Shown here piece by piece: positions 10,921 to 23,022 of a DNA stretch of 49,719 nucleotides; positions within the stretch are counted from its first letter, which is position 1; each line of letters begins with the position of its first letter. The notes under the pieces were generated by a model. It saw only the letters and a list, made by a program, of their open reading frames with translations, was not told the DNA's origin and searched no databases. This DNA comes from Nemertoderma westbladi (taxonomy: Eukaryota > Animalia > Xenacoelomorpha), in assembly GCA_032718475.1 (NCBI GenBank), contig JAUCBJ010005081.1, positions 1-49,719 on the forward strand. The letters are read 5' to 3'. Position numbers and translations under genes: made by a program.

Positions 10921-13854
10921 GGTTGTTGATTTGGTTGAGAAAGTTCGTTAGTGATTCGGTCGCATCGGTTCTTTTGGGGTTTTCTCAAAAATTCGTTTTG
11001 AGACGCCGGGTCACCAATGTAGCAACTTACAATATCGTTAAAACATATTAATTTGATTCTCAGTAAGTTGTTATATTAATATGGTCAGCGCTGTCAGATA
11101 AGCTGATTATCCTGGTGTTGTTGTTAAGTTGCTAAGCAACATACCAATCTCACTATGTACTAACAGCTGTAGTCCTAATCTCAGCTATATGGGGAGGTGA
11201 GATAGGTCCTACTATTTAGAGTATTGTCCAGTAATTGTGACTCCGCCACAACGTCTAGAATCTGAAATATTAACTGTAGGTTTACAGTTTTGATATATTT
11301 AGAATCTACAGGGTTTCTAACATATATAGGCCAAATATCGCATACAAAGGGTAAGGTCACCTCATTTGGGAAGCATTTATGTTTAACAAAGTCAATATAG
11401 AAAGCATAAACGTCCATATCTGTAACGCTACAAATGTGGCCATAGATTTTGATAATATTAATCTCATACAAGTATAATGGTACGTGTGGTAAGGCAATTT
11501 TAATTTATGCCGCATTAACCCCAAGAGTTAATGTGAAAAATAAACACCTATGATGTATGGCGGTGGTAAGCGTTTTTGTCAACAATCTGTAACGCGTCAC
11601 CGTTACAGTGCAGTGCGTTACAGATAAGGGATGTCTCATCTGTAACGCATTATATAACCAGTTATCGATGCGTTACAGACTGTAGGTTTCAGTCCTATCT
11701 ATATGACAGTCCTATCTGTAACGGAGTGTCATCCTGAAATACAATAAGGCATCACTGACAATACTTGAATGCCTACGCGTTTGATACGTTCTTCGTCTTC
11801 CTACTGACATCCTAACTGCTCATGGTAATGTGGTAGTGTAAGATGGGTAAGTGTAAAACGCGGATCCGGATCGGTACCCGGATTTTGGGGTTAAAACGCG
11901 GATCCGGATTTTCATGAAATCCGGAAATGAGTCCAAAATGCGAATTCAAGATAATTTTCATTGTCAAGTGCGTTACTTGATCCCGTAAGGGGAGTAAAAC
12001 ACGGATTCATGTTTATCTCTATCCGGGAAGAGGTGATTGTGGATTCTGGGGAGTAATAGCGCAGATTCACTTCACATATGAAATTGTATGAATCCAGAGC
12101 TTCTGGGTCCGTGGTAAATAATTTAGGAATTAATTGCAAATATACACTCTCCATCTTATAAATTTTATGTATTAATAAAATGTGCTTTCTGTAAAATTTC
12201 GCTTTATTTCGTTTAGAATTGTAGAAGATACATTTCCTACAAACAGTGTTTTTTTTAACATACAATATATTGTACAGACGGTCCTTTGCCCAATGTTTTG
12301 TTTTTCGTTTTTCATGATTAGGGTCTGCAGACGTACAGTATATAGATAGGTTTCAATAAATTTGTATGTCTAATTTCATCTGACATGAAGCAATAAATAA
12401 ACAAAAGTAAAGAATCCAGTGACTGTTATCAGTGAGTCTTGTGTAACTTCAATGTAAGAGATTGAGATGTATAATTTACTCTAATGATTAAATACTCTAA
12501 TGCGTATAAAAGGCCTAGATTTTACTATCAATTTCTAAATCATTGCCTTAACATCACTTACTGACTTACATGACGGACTTGTGCACTACTTATATTATTG
12601 TGATAAGTTTAGTCAGATCCGTTTATTGGATGTGGTAATAGACGTCTCTGAATCAGTTGCAGAGAAACGCCAGGAAGCGGTTAAATAAGTACAGAGAGCA
12701 AATGTACCGCGGTTGTTATACATAGTATTTTAAACAAGCATATAAAAAGCGGCGCGATAGAGAAAATTTAACACGGGATAAAAAAAAGTCGTGTAAAACA
12801 AGATTATCGGTTACACAGAAAAATGTTAGTGAAAAACTTTTTCTATATTTATTGGAAACCATGTGTATTAAGTACATATAATTTAGTGGATGCGATGGTT
12901 ACGGGCAGATATCGCTGTTTGTTACAGATGTTTGTCCAATAAATTACCTTATTGTCGAAGCAATAAGTTATAAATACTGCAAAATCCATATAACATAATT
13001 ACCGTTACAGATGGCCGTTACAGACGTTTGTCCCATAAATGTCATCACTGTAATGCGTTACAGTGGTAGACAAAAACGTTACAGATATGACATTAGTTTT
13101 TGCCATATGTCTCCCTTTGAGCACCGCCTCATGCTCTCCCTCTACCATCACAAGATTCGCCATGAAATTATCTTTCGAATGGTGTATGGTATGGCACTAA
13201 TTTCCGACAAAAATTTTTTGGTCAATTTGTACACCTTTTTGGCCACTTTTAAGCTTATTGACCGACCCAGCTGCATTTTTAAGAATGCTGTGCCGGCTTA
13301 TCGACAAAATTCAATGTTGATGACACGACAACAATATTAAATTACCTTACAAAAACAACCCAATACATTTGCTATTTATTAAATACTTCAATGCAAAGTA
13401 AAATATAATATCTACCGGTCTTGTATTTTTTAAAACACAATTTCTTCATGCATTTTTAAGGGGTATTTATTGTCTGCGTTGTAATGATCTCCACTGCTCT
13501 GCATTTTAATGTTAATACTAGAAGTTGCCCTGATCTTCCTTTGACTTATAATTAAATCGAGGAATTAAAAAAAATCAAATTATGAATTATGTTCCATTCT
13601 ATTCAATTAAATTCAATAAACGCCAATAATATAACCCATTACTACTAACACACAATAACAATATTCTAAAATGGGAATGTAAAATTATCAGCATAATTAT
13701 ATAAATTGCACAAAATGAACAACAAAAGATTTTGATTAAAAGGCACCAGGTGGATAATAACTATTTAGTTCAGTAACATACCAGTTTGTAAGCGATATTG
13801 TAATTGCTATAGACCATAATCCAAACCTAATGAATACCTAACTTTATATGCGAT

Positions 13855-13860
13855 TTTATT
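13855..13860 (-). promoter_or_regulatory. Candidate polyadenylation signal AATAAA for the supervillin-like gene
   Basis: Minus-strand AATAAA ~175 nt after the stop. The region is AT-rich and other candidates exist. Confidence 0.35.
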
Positions 13861-14035
13861 AAATAAGAAACAATATATTTAAAGCAATAAAATATAGATT
13901 GATTGTTATATGGCTAGCCTATTGGAATAGCAGAAATAAAAAAATACTCAATTAAAATATAAGATAGATAAAATAGAGAAGGCAACAAAAAGGTGGATTG
14001 GATTGCTGATATAAGTAGTATAAAAGAAAAATCAA

Positions 14036-14122
14036 CTAAAACAAATGTTTCTCTTTCTTCAATTGGAATTGTCGCCATTCAGCAAGAGCCATGAATTCAT
14101 CGCGAGTCATAGAAGTCACCTC
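14036..14122 (-). CDS. SVIL: Supervillin-like, last coding exon (villin headpiece end)
   Basis: ctctacag|EVTSMTRDEFMALAEWRQFQLKKEKHLF*, matching the headpiece consensus W.Q..LKK...LF. Confidence 0.95.
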   Translation of the reverse strand, partial: EVTSMTRDEFMALAEWRQFQLKKEKHLF

Positions 14123-14274
14123 CTGTAGAGATATAAACAATGTTATAAAAACTGGAACTCTGTATTTTCCAGTTTAAAAAAAGTAAAGTGATCCGTGAAC
14201 TTGTGAAACACCGGAGACAAACCGAAGATTCCCCTATTGGCTGTTACATATAGCTAGCTATAAGGCATGTATGT

Positions 14275-17200
14275 AGGTCCCCAAATAACCTGGAACTCTG
14301 TATCGTCCAGGTAGGTCTCCAACTAACCTGGAACTCTGTATCGTCCAGGTAGGTCTCCAACTAACCTGGAACTCTGTATCGTCCAGGTAGGTCTCCGACT
14401 AACCTGGAACTCTGTATCGTCCAGGTAGGTCTCCAACTAACCTGGAACTCTGTATCGTCCAGGTAGGTCTCCAACTAACCTGGAACTCTGTATCGTCCAG
14501 GTAGGTTTCCAACTAACCTGGAACTCTGTATCGCCCAGGTAGGTCTCCAACTAACCTGGAACTCTGTATCGTCCAGGTAGGTCTCCAACTAACCTGGAAC
14601 TCTGTATCGTCCAGGTAGGTCTCCGACTAACCTGGAACTCTGTATCGTCCAGGTAGGTCCCCAACTAACCTAGAACTCTGTATCATCCAGGTAGGTCCCC
14701 AACTAACCTAGAACTCTGTATCGTCCAGGTAGGTCTCCAACTAACCTGGAACCCTGTATCGTCCAGGTAGGTCTCCAACGAACCTGGAACTCTGTATCGT
14801 CCAGGTAGGTCTCCAACTAACCTGGAACTCTGTATCGTCCAGGTAGGTCTCCGACTAACCTGGAACCCTGTATCGTCCAGGTAGGTCCCCAACTAACCTG
14901 GAACTCTGTATCGTCCAGGTAGGTCTCCAACTAACCTGGAACTCTGTATCGTCCAGGTAGGTCCCCAACTAACCTGGAACTCTGTATCGTCCAGGTAGGT
15001 CTCCAACTAACCTAGAACTCTGTATCGTCCAGGTAGGTCTCCAACTAACCTGGAACCCTGTATCGTCCAGGTAGGTCTCCAACGAACCTGGAACTCTGTA
15101 TCGTCCAGGTAGGTCTCCAACTAACCTGGAACTCTGTATCGTCCAGGTAGGTCTCCAACTAACCTGGAACTCTGTATCGTCCAGGTAGGTCCCCAACTAA
15201 CCTAGAACTCTGTATCATCCAGGTAGGTCCCCAACTAACCTAGAACTCTGTATCGTCCAGGTAGGTCTCCAACTAACCTAGAACTCTGAATCGTCCAGGT
15301 CTCAAACTAACCTGGAACTCTGTATCGTCCAGGTAGGTCTCCAACTAACCTGGAACTCGGTATCGTCCAGGTAGGTCCTCAACTAACCTGGAACTCTGTA
15401 TCGTCCAGGTAGGTTTCCAACTAACCTGGAACTCTGTATCGTCCAGGTAGGTCTCCAACTAACCTAGAACTCTGAATCGTCCAGGTAGGTCTCCAACTAA
15501 CCTGGAACTCTGAATCGTCCAGGTAGGTCTCCAACTAACCTGGAACTCTGTATCGTCCAGGTAGGTTTCCAACTAACCTGGAACTCTGTATCGTCCAGGT
15601 AGGTCTCCAACTAACCTAGAACTCTGAATCGTCCAGGTAGGTCTCCAACTAACCTGGAACTCTGAATCGTCCAGGTAGGTCTCCAACTAACCTGGAACTC
15701 GGTATCGTCCAGGTAGGTCCTCAACTAACCTAGAACTCTGAATCGTCCAGGTCTCAAACTAACCTGGAACTCTGTATCGTCCAGGTAGGTCTCCGACTAA
15801 CCTGGAACTCTATATCGTCCAGGTAGGTCTCCAACTAACCTGGAACTCTGAATCGTCCAGGTAGGTCTCCAACTAACCTGGAACTCGGTATCGTCCAGGT
15901 AGGTCCTCAACTAACCTATAACTCTGAATCGTCCAGGTCTCAAACTAACCTGGAACTCTGTATCGTCCAGGTAGGTCTCAAACTAACCTGGAACTCTGTA
16001 TCGTCCAGGTAGGTCTCCGACTAACCTGGAACTCTGTATCGTCCAGGTAGGTCTCCAACTAACCTGGAACTCGGTATCGTCCAGGTAGGTCCTCAACTAA
16101 CCTAGAACTCTGAATCGTCCAGGTCTCAAACTAACCTGGAACTCTGTATCGTCCAGGTAGGTCCCCAACTAACCTGGAACTCTGTATCGTCCAGGTAGGT
16201 CTCAAACTAACCTGGAACTCTGTATCGTCCAGGTAGGTCTCCAACTAACCTAGAACTCTGAATCGTCCAGGTCTCAAACTAACCTGGAACTCTGTATCGT
16301 CCAGGTAGGTCTCCAACTAACCTAGAACTCTGAATCGTCCAGGTCTCAAACTAACCTGGAACTCTGTATCGTCCAGGTAGGTCTCAAACTAACCTGGAAC
16401 TCTGTATCGTCCAGGTAGGTCTCCAACTAACCTAGAACTCTGAATCGTCCAGGTCTCAAACTAACCTGGAACTCTGTATCGTCCAGGTAGGTCTCCAACT
16501 AACCTAGAACTCTGAATCGTCCAGGTCTCAAACTAACCTGGAACTCTGTATCGTCCAGGTAGGTCTCCAACTAACCTAGAACTCTGAATCGTCCAGGTAG
16601 GTCTCCAACTAACCTGGAACTCTGTATCGTCCAGGTAGGTCTCCAACTAACCTGGAACTCTGTATCGTCCAGGTAGGTCTCCGACTAACCTGGAACTCTG
16701 TATCGTCCAGGTAGGTCTCCAACTAACCTAGAACTCTGTATCGTCCAGGTAGGTCTCCGACTAACCTGGAACTCTGTATCGTCCAGGTAGGTCTCCAACT
16801 AACCTAGAACTCTGAATCGTCCAGGTAGGTCTCCAACTAACCTGGAACTCTGTATCGTCCAGGTAGGTCTCCAACTAACCTGGAACTCTATATCGTCCAG
16901 GTAGGTCTCCAACTAACCTGGAACTCTGTATCGCCCAGGTAGGTCTCCAACTAACCTGGAACTCTGTATCGCCCAGGTAGGTCTCCAACTAACCTGGAAC
17001 TCTGTATCGTCCAGGTAGGTCTCCAACTAACCTGGAACTCTGTATCGTCCAGGTAGGTCTCCAACTAACCTGGAACTCTGTATCGTCCAGGTAGGTCTCC
17101 AACTAACCTGGAACTCTGTATCGTCCAGGTAGGTCTCCAACTAACCTGGAACTCTGTATCGTACAGGTAGGTCTCCAACTAACCTGGAACTCTGTATCGC

Positions 17201-17750
17201 CCAGGTAGGTCTCCAACTAACCTGCTGGAACGCTGTATCGTCCAGGTAGGTCTCCAACTAACCTAGAACTCTGAATCGTCCAGGTAGGTCTCCAACTAAC
17301 CTGGAACTCTGTATCGTCCAGGTAGGTCTCCAACTAACCTGGAACTCTGTATCGTCCAGGTAGGTCTCAAACTAACCTGGAACTCTGTATCGTCCAGGTA
17401 GGTCTCCAACTAACCTAGAACTCTGAATCGTCCAGGTCTCAAACTAACCTGGAACTCTGTATCGTCCAGGTAGGTCTCCAACTAACCTGGAACTCTGTAT
17501 CGTCCAGGTAGGTCTCCAACTAACCTGGAACTCTGTATCGTCCAGGTAGGTTTCCAACTAACCTGGAACTCTGTATCGTCCAGGTAGGTCTCCAACTAAC
17601 CTGGAACTCTGTATCGTCCAGGTAGGTCTCAAACTAACCTGGAACTCTGTATCGTCCAGGTAGGTCTCAAACTAACCTGGAACTCTGTATCGTCCAGGTA
17701 GGTCTCCAACTAACCTGGAACTCTGTATCGTCCAGGTAGGTCTCCAACTT
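14275..17750. repeat. 38-bp tandem array (~90 copies) of exon end plus splice donor
   Basis: Minus unit GGAGACCTACCTGGACGATACAGAGTTCCAG|GTTAGTT: last 31 nt of exon 17715-17879 plus the first intron bases. Confidence 0.97.
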
Positions 17751-17879
17751 GTGAGGGTCAACTCCCTCCGGAAGGTCATGGATTAGGATCTGTTGGTATG
17801 TTAGACGGATTTCTGTTAAAGTCCGCAACACATTGGTTGCCATGAGCACGGGAAATTCATCTGGTTCCAATTTGTATTC
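17715..17879 (-). CDS. SVIL: Supervillin-like exon (headpiece start)
   Basis: ttttataaag|EYKLEPDEF...HDLPEGVDPHKLETYLDDTEFQ|gttagt; phase 0/0; LPEGVDP.KLE.YL headpiece motif. Confidence 0.92.
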
Positions 17880-17979
17880 CTTTATAAAATGTTTATAATA
17901 TTAATACCATTACTAACGGATACAAGCAAGCAAACAGTCGGCCGAAACCGGAGGCGACCCGAAGGCCCCTCTTTTGATA

Positions 17980-19457
17980 GCTGCTACCCGGGGGTTGGGG
18001 TGGGCGCTACTCATATCTGCTACCCGAAGATAGGGGTGGGCGCTACTCTTATCTGCTACCCGAAGATAGGGGTGGGCGCTACTCTTATCTGCTACCCGAA
18101 GATAGGGGTGGGCGCTACTCTTATCTGTTACCCGAGGGTAGGGGTGGGCGCTACTCTTATCTGCTACCCGAAGATAGGGGTGGGCGCTACTCTTATCTGC
18201 TACCCGAAGATAGGGGTGGGCGCTACTCTTATCTGCTACCCGAAGATAGGGGTGGGCGCTACTCTTATCTGCTACCCGAAGATAGGGGTGGGCGCTACTC
18301 TTATCTGCTACCCGAAGATAGGGGTGGGCGCTACTCTTATCTGCTACCCGGGGGTTGGGGTGGGCGCTACTCATATCTGCTACCCGAAGATAGGGGTGGG
18401 CGCTACTCTTATCTGCTACCCGAAGATAGGGGTGGGCGCTACTCTTATCTGCTACCCGAAGATAGGGGTGGGCGCTACTCTTATCTGCTACCCGAAGGTA
18501 GGGGTGGGCGCTACTCTTATCTGCTACCCGAAGATAGGGGTGGGCGCTACTCTTATCTGCTACCCGAAGATAGGGGTGGGCGCTACTCTTATCTGTTACC
18601 CGAGGGTAGGGGTGGGCGCTACTCTTATCTGCTACCCGAAGATAGGGGTGGGCGCTACTCTTATCTGCTACCCGAAGATAGGGGTGGGCGCTACTCTTAT
18701 CTGCTATCCGAAGATAGGGGTGGGCGCTACTCTTATCTGCTACCCGAAGATAGGGGTGGGCGCTACTCTTATCTGCTACCCGAAGATAGGGGTGGGCGCT
18801 ACTCTTATCTGCTACCCGAAGATAGGGGTGGGCGCTACTCATATCTGCTACCCGAAGATAGGGGTGGGCGCTACTCTTATCTGCTACCCGAAGATAGGGG
18901 TGGGCGCTACTCTTATCTGCTACCCGAAGATAGGGATGGGCGCTACTCTTATATGCTACCCGAAGATAGGGGTGGGCGCTACTCTTATCTGCTACCCGAA
19001 GATAGGGGTGGGCGCTACTCTTATCTGCTACCCGAAGATAGGGGTGGGCGCTACTCTTATCTGCTACCCGAAGATAGGGGTGGGCGCTACTCTTATCTGC
19101 TACCCGAAGATAGGGGTGGGCGCTACTCTTATCTGCTACCCGAAGATAGGGGTGGGCGCTACTCATATCTGCTACCCGAAGATAGGGGTGGGCGCTACTC
19201 TTATCTGCTACCCGAAGATAGGGGTGGGCGCTACTCTTATCTGCTACCCGAAGATAGGGATGGGCGCTACTCTTATCTGCTACCCGAAGATAGGGGTGGG
19301 CGCTACTCTTATCTACTACCTGAAGATAGGGGTGGGCGCTACTCTTATCTGCTACCCGAAGATAGGGGTGGGCGCTACTCTTATCTGCTACCCGAAGATA
19401 GGGGTGGGCGCTACTCTTATCTGCTACCCGAAGATAGGGGTGGGCGCTACTCTTATC
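17980..19457. repeat. 36-bp intronic minisatellite (~41 copies)
   Basis: Unit ATCTGCTACCCGAAGATAGGGGTGGGCGCTACTCTT. Contains no exon sequence. Confidence 0.97.
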
Positions 19458-19521
19458 CCATGTTTTGCTCCCAAGTAATTTAACTGGTACTCATTTATGT
19501 GTGTAGTCAGTCACAACTCAC

Positions 19522-19643
19522 CAATCGGTTGGCCGTTGCTATTTCCGAGTCACGGCGCCAATAAGGAAATAAATTGGTAAACATAACGGGTTCAACACCG
19601 GCGATAACAACATATACTGGTGGGGGGTCTATCGAGGCCACAG
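19522..19643 (-). CDS. SVIL: Supervillin-like exon
   Basis: ttttcag|(S)VASIDPPPVYVVIAGVEPVMFTNLFPYWRRDSEIATANRL|gtgagt; phase 1/0; matches AG.EP..FTN.FP.W. Confidence 0.93.
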
Positions 19644-20679
19644 CTGAAAATAAAATAGTTAAAAATAAACCGGGGTTCTATCGCGAGTCACAACAGACAA
19701 TAGTATAGTGAACTTAAGGGCACCCCCATAGGGACACACGTCTTCTATAAATGTAGGACACATAAGTGTGCATGTAGAAAAGGTTTTGCCTTGGAATTTG
19801 GCAATCATGTTTTATGGCTTTTCAGACAACTATTTGATAGGGTAGATTAAAAATATTTATTACGGCCTCAGGGGCTCAGGAAATTGTTCAGTTTCATAGA
19901 GTAACCAATTTTACTGGTTTTCGAAATTTTGTCAACTCTGTATGATGTGATTTTAGAACAAAACATGCTCAATTTATAATTCTAGACTCATTCAAAATTT
20001 CATAGAAATTTACCAAACCAATCAAGAGATATATACCTAAACAAACAAAGGTCGGGAAATTTTAATTAGCGGGAAATTGCACTTAAAGTTGAAACATTAA
20101 AAACAGCGCTATGAATAACATACTGTAATATATGAATGTAACCTCAAATTGAAAGTAATATCCACTGTATTGTTGCAGAAACAACACAAGCAATTAGGCA
20201 ATTTACTTTAAATATTATAATTAGTATGTGTAGGTAAGCTACAATTAACATATTAATGTAATACTGTAACTATGAAATATACTATAAATTTAGGGAGCGG
20301 TGTTAGAGTCAATCTCATTAAGATGATTTAATATTATGATCTGTTAGTGATTTTAAATATTAAAAATTGTTCTCAATAAGTAACTTTAAAAATAGATAAA
20401 TAATACTCAAATATACTTATGTATTAGTTTTGATACCTATTTTTGAAATTATTGTGTCCTTGCATTATTTTGCCTATCGGAAAGAATAATACAGTATAGT
20501 AAGAATACATCACATGCGTCAGGTGATTTGGGTGTATTCAAAGCTATAAAACTATAACAGATATAAATAAACCCATTTCGGTTTTGATTTCAGCATAAAC
20601 TTTTACATCAGAATATATGTATATAAAAAAAAATTTGGAATAATTTAAGATTTTTGCCCTATGTACCTTAAACAGTAAC

Positions 20680-21277
20680 ATGTAACTCACGGGAACTTAT
20701 ACAGACCCACGTAACTCACAGGAACTTATACAGACCCACGTAACTCACAGGAACTTATACAGACCCATGTAACTCACCGGAACTTATACAGACCCACGTA
20801 AGTCACAGGAACTTATACAGACCCACGTAACTCACAGGAACTTATACAGACCCACGTAACTCACAGGAACATATACAGACCCACGTAACTCACAGGAACT
20901 TATACAGACCCATGTAACGCACCGGAACTTATACAGACCCATGTAACTCACAGGAACTTATACAGACCCACGTAACTCACAGGAACATATACAGACCCAC
21001 GTAACTCACAGGAACTTATACAAACCCATGTAACTCACAGGAACTTATACAGACCCACGTAACTCACAGGAACTTATACAGACCCATGTAACGCACCGGA
21101 ACTTATACAGACCCATGTAACTCACAGGAACTTATACAGACCCACGTAACTCACAGGAACATATACAGACCCACGTAACTCACAGGAACTTATACAAACC
21201 CACGTAACTCACAGGAACTTATACAGACCCACGTAACTCACAGGAACATATACAGACCCACGTAACTCACAGGAACT
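20680..21277. repeat. 29-bp tandem array (~20 copies) spanning a splice donor
   Basis: Minus unit AGTTCCT|GTGAGTTACGTGGGTCTGTATA begins at the end of exon 21271-22039. Confidence 0.96.
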
Positions 21278-22039
21278 GTACTCCAACGCGGTGAGTAAGG
21301 AGCAGCGTCTCTCCGCATCCCAGCGGTGTCTGGCGGTACCGGTGACGGCCTGGCCAACGGGCCACCAACCCAACCAGACGAACACGGCCCCCGGGGAGGC
21401 GTCGAGGAGGAAGACGGCGGGTTGATCCAAGGGTCGGAACAGTTCCGCCTGCGGGAACGGGCAGTGGGTCGGGTCGGAACGGGAGTGAACCAACGGGGAG
21501 ACCAACTCGTTGGCTTGGAACGTTCCGGAGACGCTGCTCAGACGGAACAGTCGCTGCGAGAACGACGGCCCACTCTGATTGTTTGGCTGCCGGTCATACA
21601 GAGTTAAACAACTCGCGTCTCCTAGCAACAGCAGAAAATTCGACGGCTCGGCGTGTTCCTCGCATTCGATTACTTTGAGTTCCGAATCTTTCCGTTCCGT
21701 TTCTCCCCGGGGGAAACCGAACTCAGTGGGTCGGTCCGACTTCAACCGACCAATCGCGTGTCGCGCCGCATCCCTGGATTGCGGGGTTGCTAGGCAACCA
21801 ATCCAAAGGTAACATGAGAAACTCGAGGAATCCATTAGGATCAGACACAGACGGGATCGCAACGAACGAACCGACAACTCCGTCTGCACCAAATAGACCT
21901 CGGAAGAGATGTCGCCACGACAACAGTACAGACGCGGACCAATAGGTGGAACTGAATCACGGTTGCCATGGTGAACCGCCATACCACCCTGGAATATCTG
22001 CGTGAAGGCTGGGGGTTCTTTGGATTCAGCAACTCGAAC
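21271..22039 (-). CDS. SVIL: Supervillin-like exon (gelsolin repeats), 769 bp
   Basis: gttacag|VRVAESKEPPAFTQIFQGGMAVH...SLRSR...YLWIGC...FVWLGWWP...RWDAERRCSLLTALEYSS-T|gtgagt; phase 0/1. Confidence 0.95.
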
Positions 22040-22073
22040 CTGTAACATAAAACATAACGGCATACTGAAAGGC

Positions 22074-22511
22074 CTTGGATTAGAGATGTTATATAAAGGT
22101 TTTGTTAAGAAATGGAAAATATAAGGAAGCGCGTCACCGGGGGTTGAACCAACGCTATACGTAGGTCAGCAATACTCGAGCTGAATATTTATTTATTTGT
22201 TCTTCCCTCCTGTTTCACTCTAACGCCGTTAGGCCCGCTGTTAGAGATAGAATATATGCAACTTAAGACTGCCCGTTCAATAGAAGTGGATTAGGTGGGA
22301 GTTTGAGTGTCAGGGACAAGTGGCTGAGCTGGTTAGCGCTACTGATGAGGCCTGATAGGCTGAAACGTACGTATAGCGCTGGTTCAACCCCCGGTGACGC
22401 GCTTTCTCATTTTTTCCATTTCTGAACAAAACCATAATATTACATCTTTAATTACAGTTGTATTAACAGCTCAACTCCAATTCATTTAATTAATATCACT
22501 TGGATTAGAGA
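22074..22511. mobile_element. Penelope-like element remnant: pseudo-LTR-type inverted repeat with hammerhead
   Basis: ~83-bp imperfect inverted repeat (22081-22163 vs 22368-22450) overlapping the ribozyme. A 13-bp direct repeat CTTGGATTAGAGA at 22074-22086 and 22499-22511 is a candidate TSD. Confidence 0.6.
22335..22380 (+). ncRNA. Minimal type I hammerhead ribozyme
   Basis: Stem I AGCGCUA/UAGCGCU; core CUGAUGA; stem II GGCCU-GAU-AGGCU; GAAA; minimal stem III C-GUAC-G with a palindromic loop; GUA cleavage triplet (cut after 22373). Confidence 0.88.
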
Positions 22512-22652
22512 GGTGCAAAGTTCAATGTCAAAATGTCGGTCTTTCAAAACCAAATTGGCCACTTTTGAAGAGAATGAATCAAAGAAGTTTTATTTTTCAG
22601 GATTGTTGACCCGGTAATTGATCACGAGTTTCCATGGTTACCGAACACCAAC

Positions 22653-22813
22653 CTGCGGTCCTTTCTCTTCGTCCAACTCGATCGTCATTAACGCGGACGC
22701 ACACTTCTCGGTTACGGTGCTCGCGGCGCCCTGCCAGCAGAAATAAACGCAACGGACGCGGCCGGTACCGGAGGAAATAACTCGAGAGGCTCCGCCACGC
22801 AGACTCCGGGTTC
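22653..22813 (-). CDS. SVIL: Supervillin-like exon
   Basis: gctatag|(G)TRSLRGG...[34 protein letters not shown]|gttggt; phase 1/0. Confidence 0.95.
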
Positions 22814-23008
22814 CTATAGCAACAGATAAACAGATACCTAGAGGTTCCTATAGCAACGGATAAATGGGTATCTAGGGGTTCCTATAGCAACAAATAATCA
22901 GTTACCTTGGGGTTCCTATAGCAACAGATAAACAGTTATATACCTAATGGTTACCATAGCAACATATAAACAGTTACCTAGGGGTTCCTATAGCAACAGA
23001 TAAACATG
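22809..23008. repeat. ~34-38-bp degenerate tandem array (6 copies) spanning a splice acceptor
   Basis: Minus unit TAGGTAACTGTTTATCTGTTGCTATAG|GAACC. It fills nearly all of the 209-bp intron. Confidence 0.88.
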
Positions 23009-23022
23009 TCGATTCAACCTAC

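Larger units (their letters stand above)
7590..11250 (-). mobile_element. Gypsy/Ty3 (Mag-like) LTR retrotransposon, internally deleted, with both LTRs
   Basis: 233-bp LTRs at 7590-7822 and 11018-11250 (TG..CA; I saw one mismatch). 4-bp TSD ACGT at 7586-7589 and 11251-11254. PBS TGGTGACCCGG on minus next to the 5' LTR and poly-G PPT next to the 3' LTR. Domain order is RT-RNaseH-IN. Confidence 0.95.
7078..13268. mobile_element. Non-autonomous DNA transposon with ~25-bp TIRs (~2.5 kb once the Gypsy insert is removed); superfamily unresolved
   Basis: GGGTCAATAAGCTTAAAAGTGGCCAA (7078-7103) matches TTGGCCACTTTTAAGCTTATTGACC-GACCC (13239-13268). Target AGCT, or CAGCTG, is duplicated. No transposase ORF recognised. 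Confidence 0.8.
7041..13309 (-). mobile_element. ~80-bp RTE 3' stub split into 7041-7077 and 13269-13309 by a TIR element
   Basis: The two pieces join at CAGCTG into the continuous RTE 3' end seen at 45543. A 12-bp TSD TTCAATGTTGAT lies at 7029-7040 and 13310-13321. Confidence 0.85.

Noticed and set aside
17889-19483. 529-, 417- and 176-aa repeat proteins
   Set aside because: Products of a 36-bp (3n) intronic minisatellite, open on both strands.
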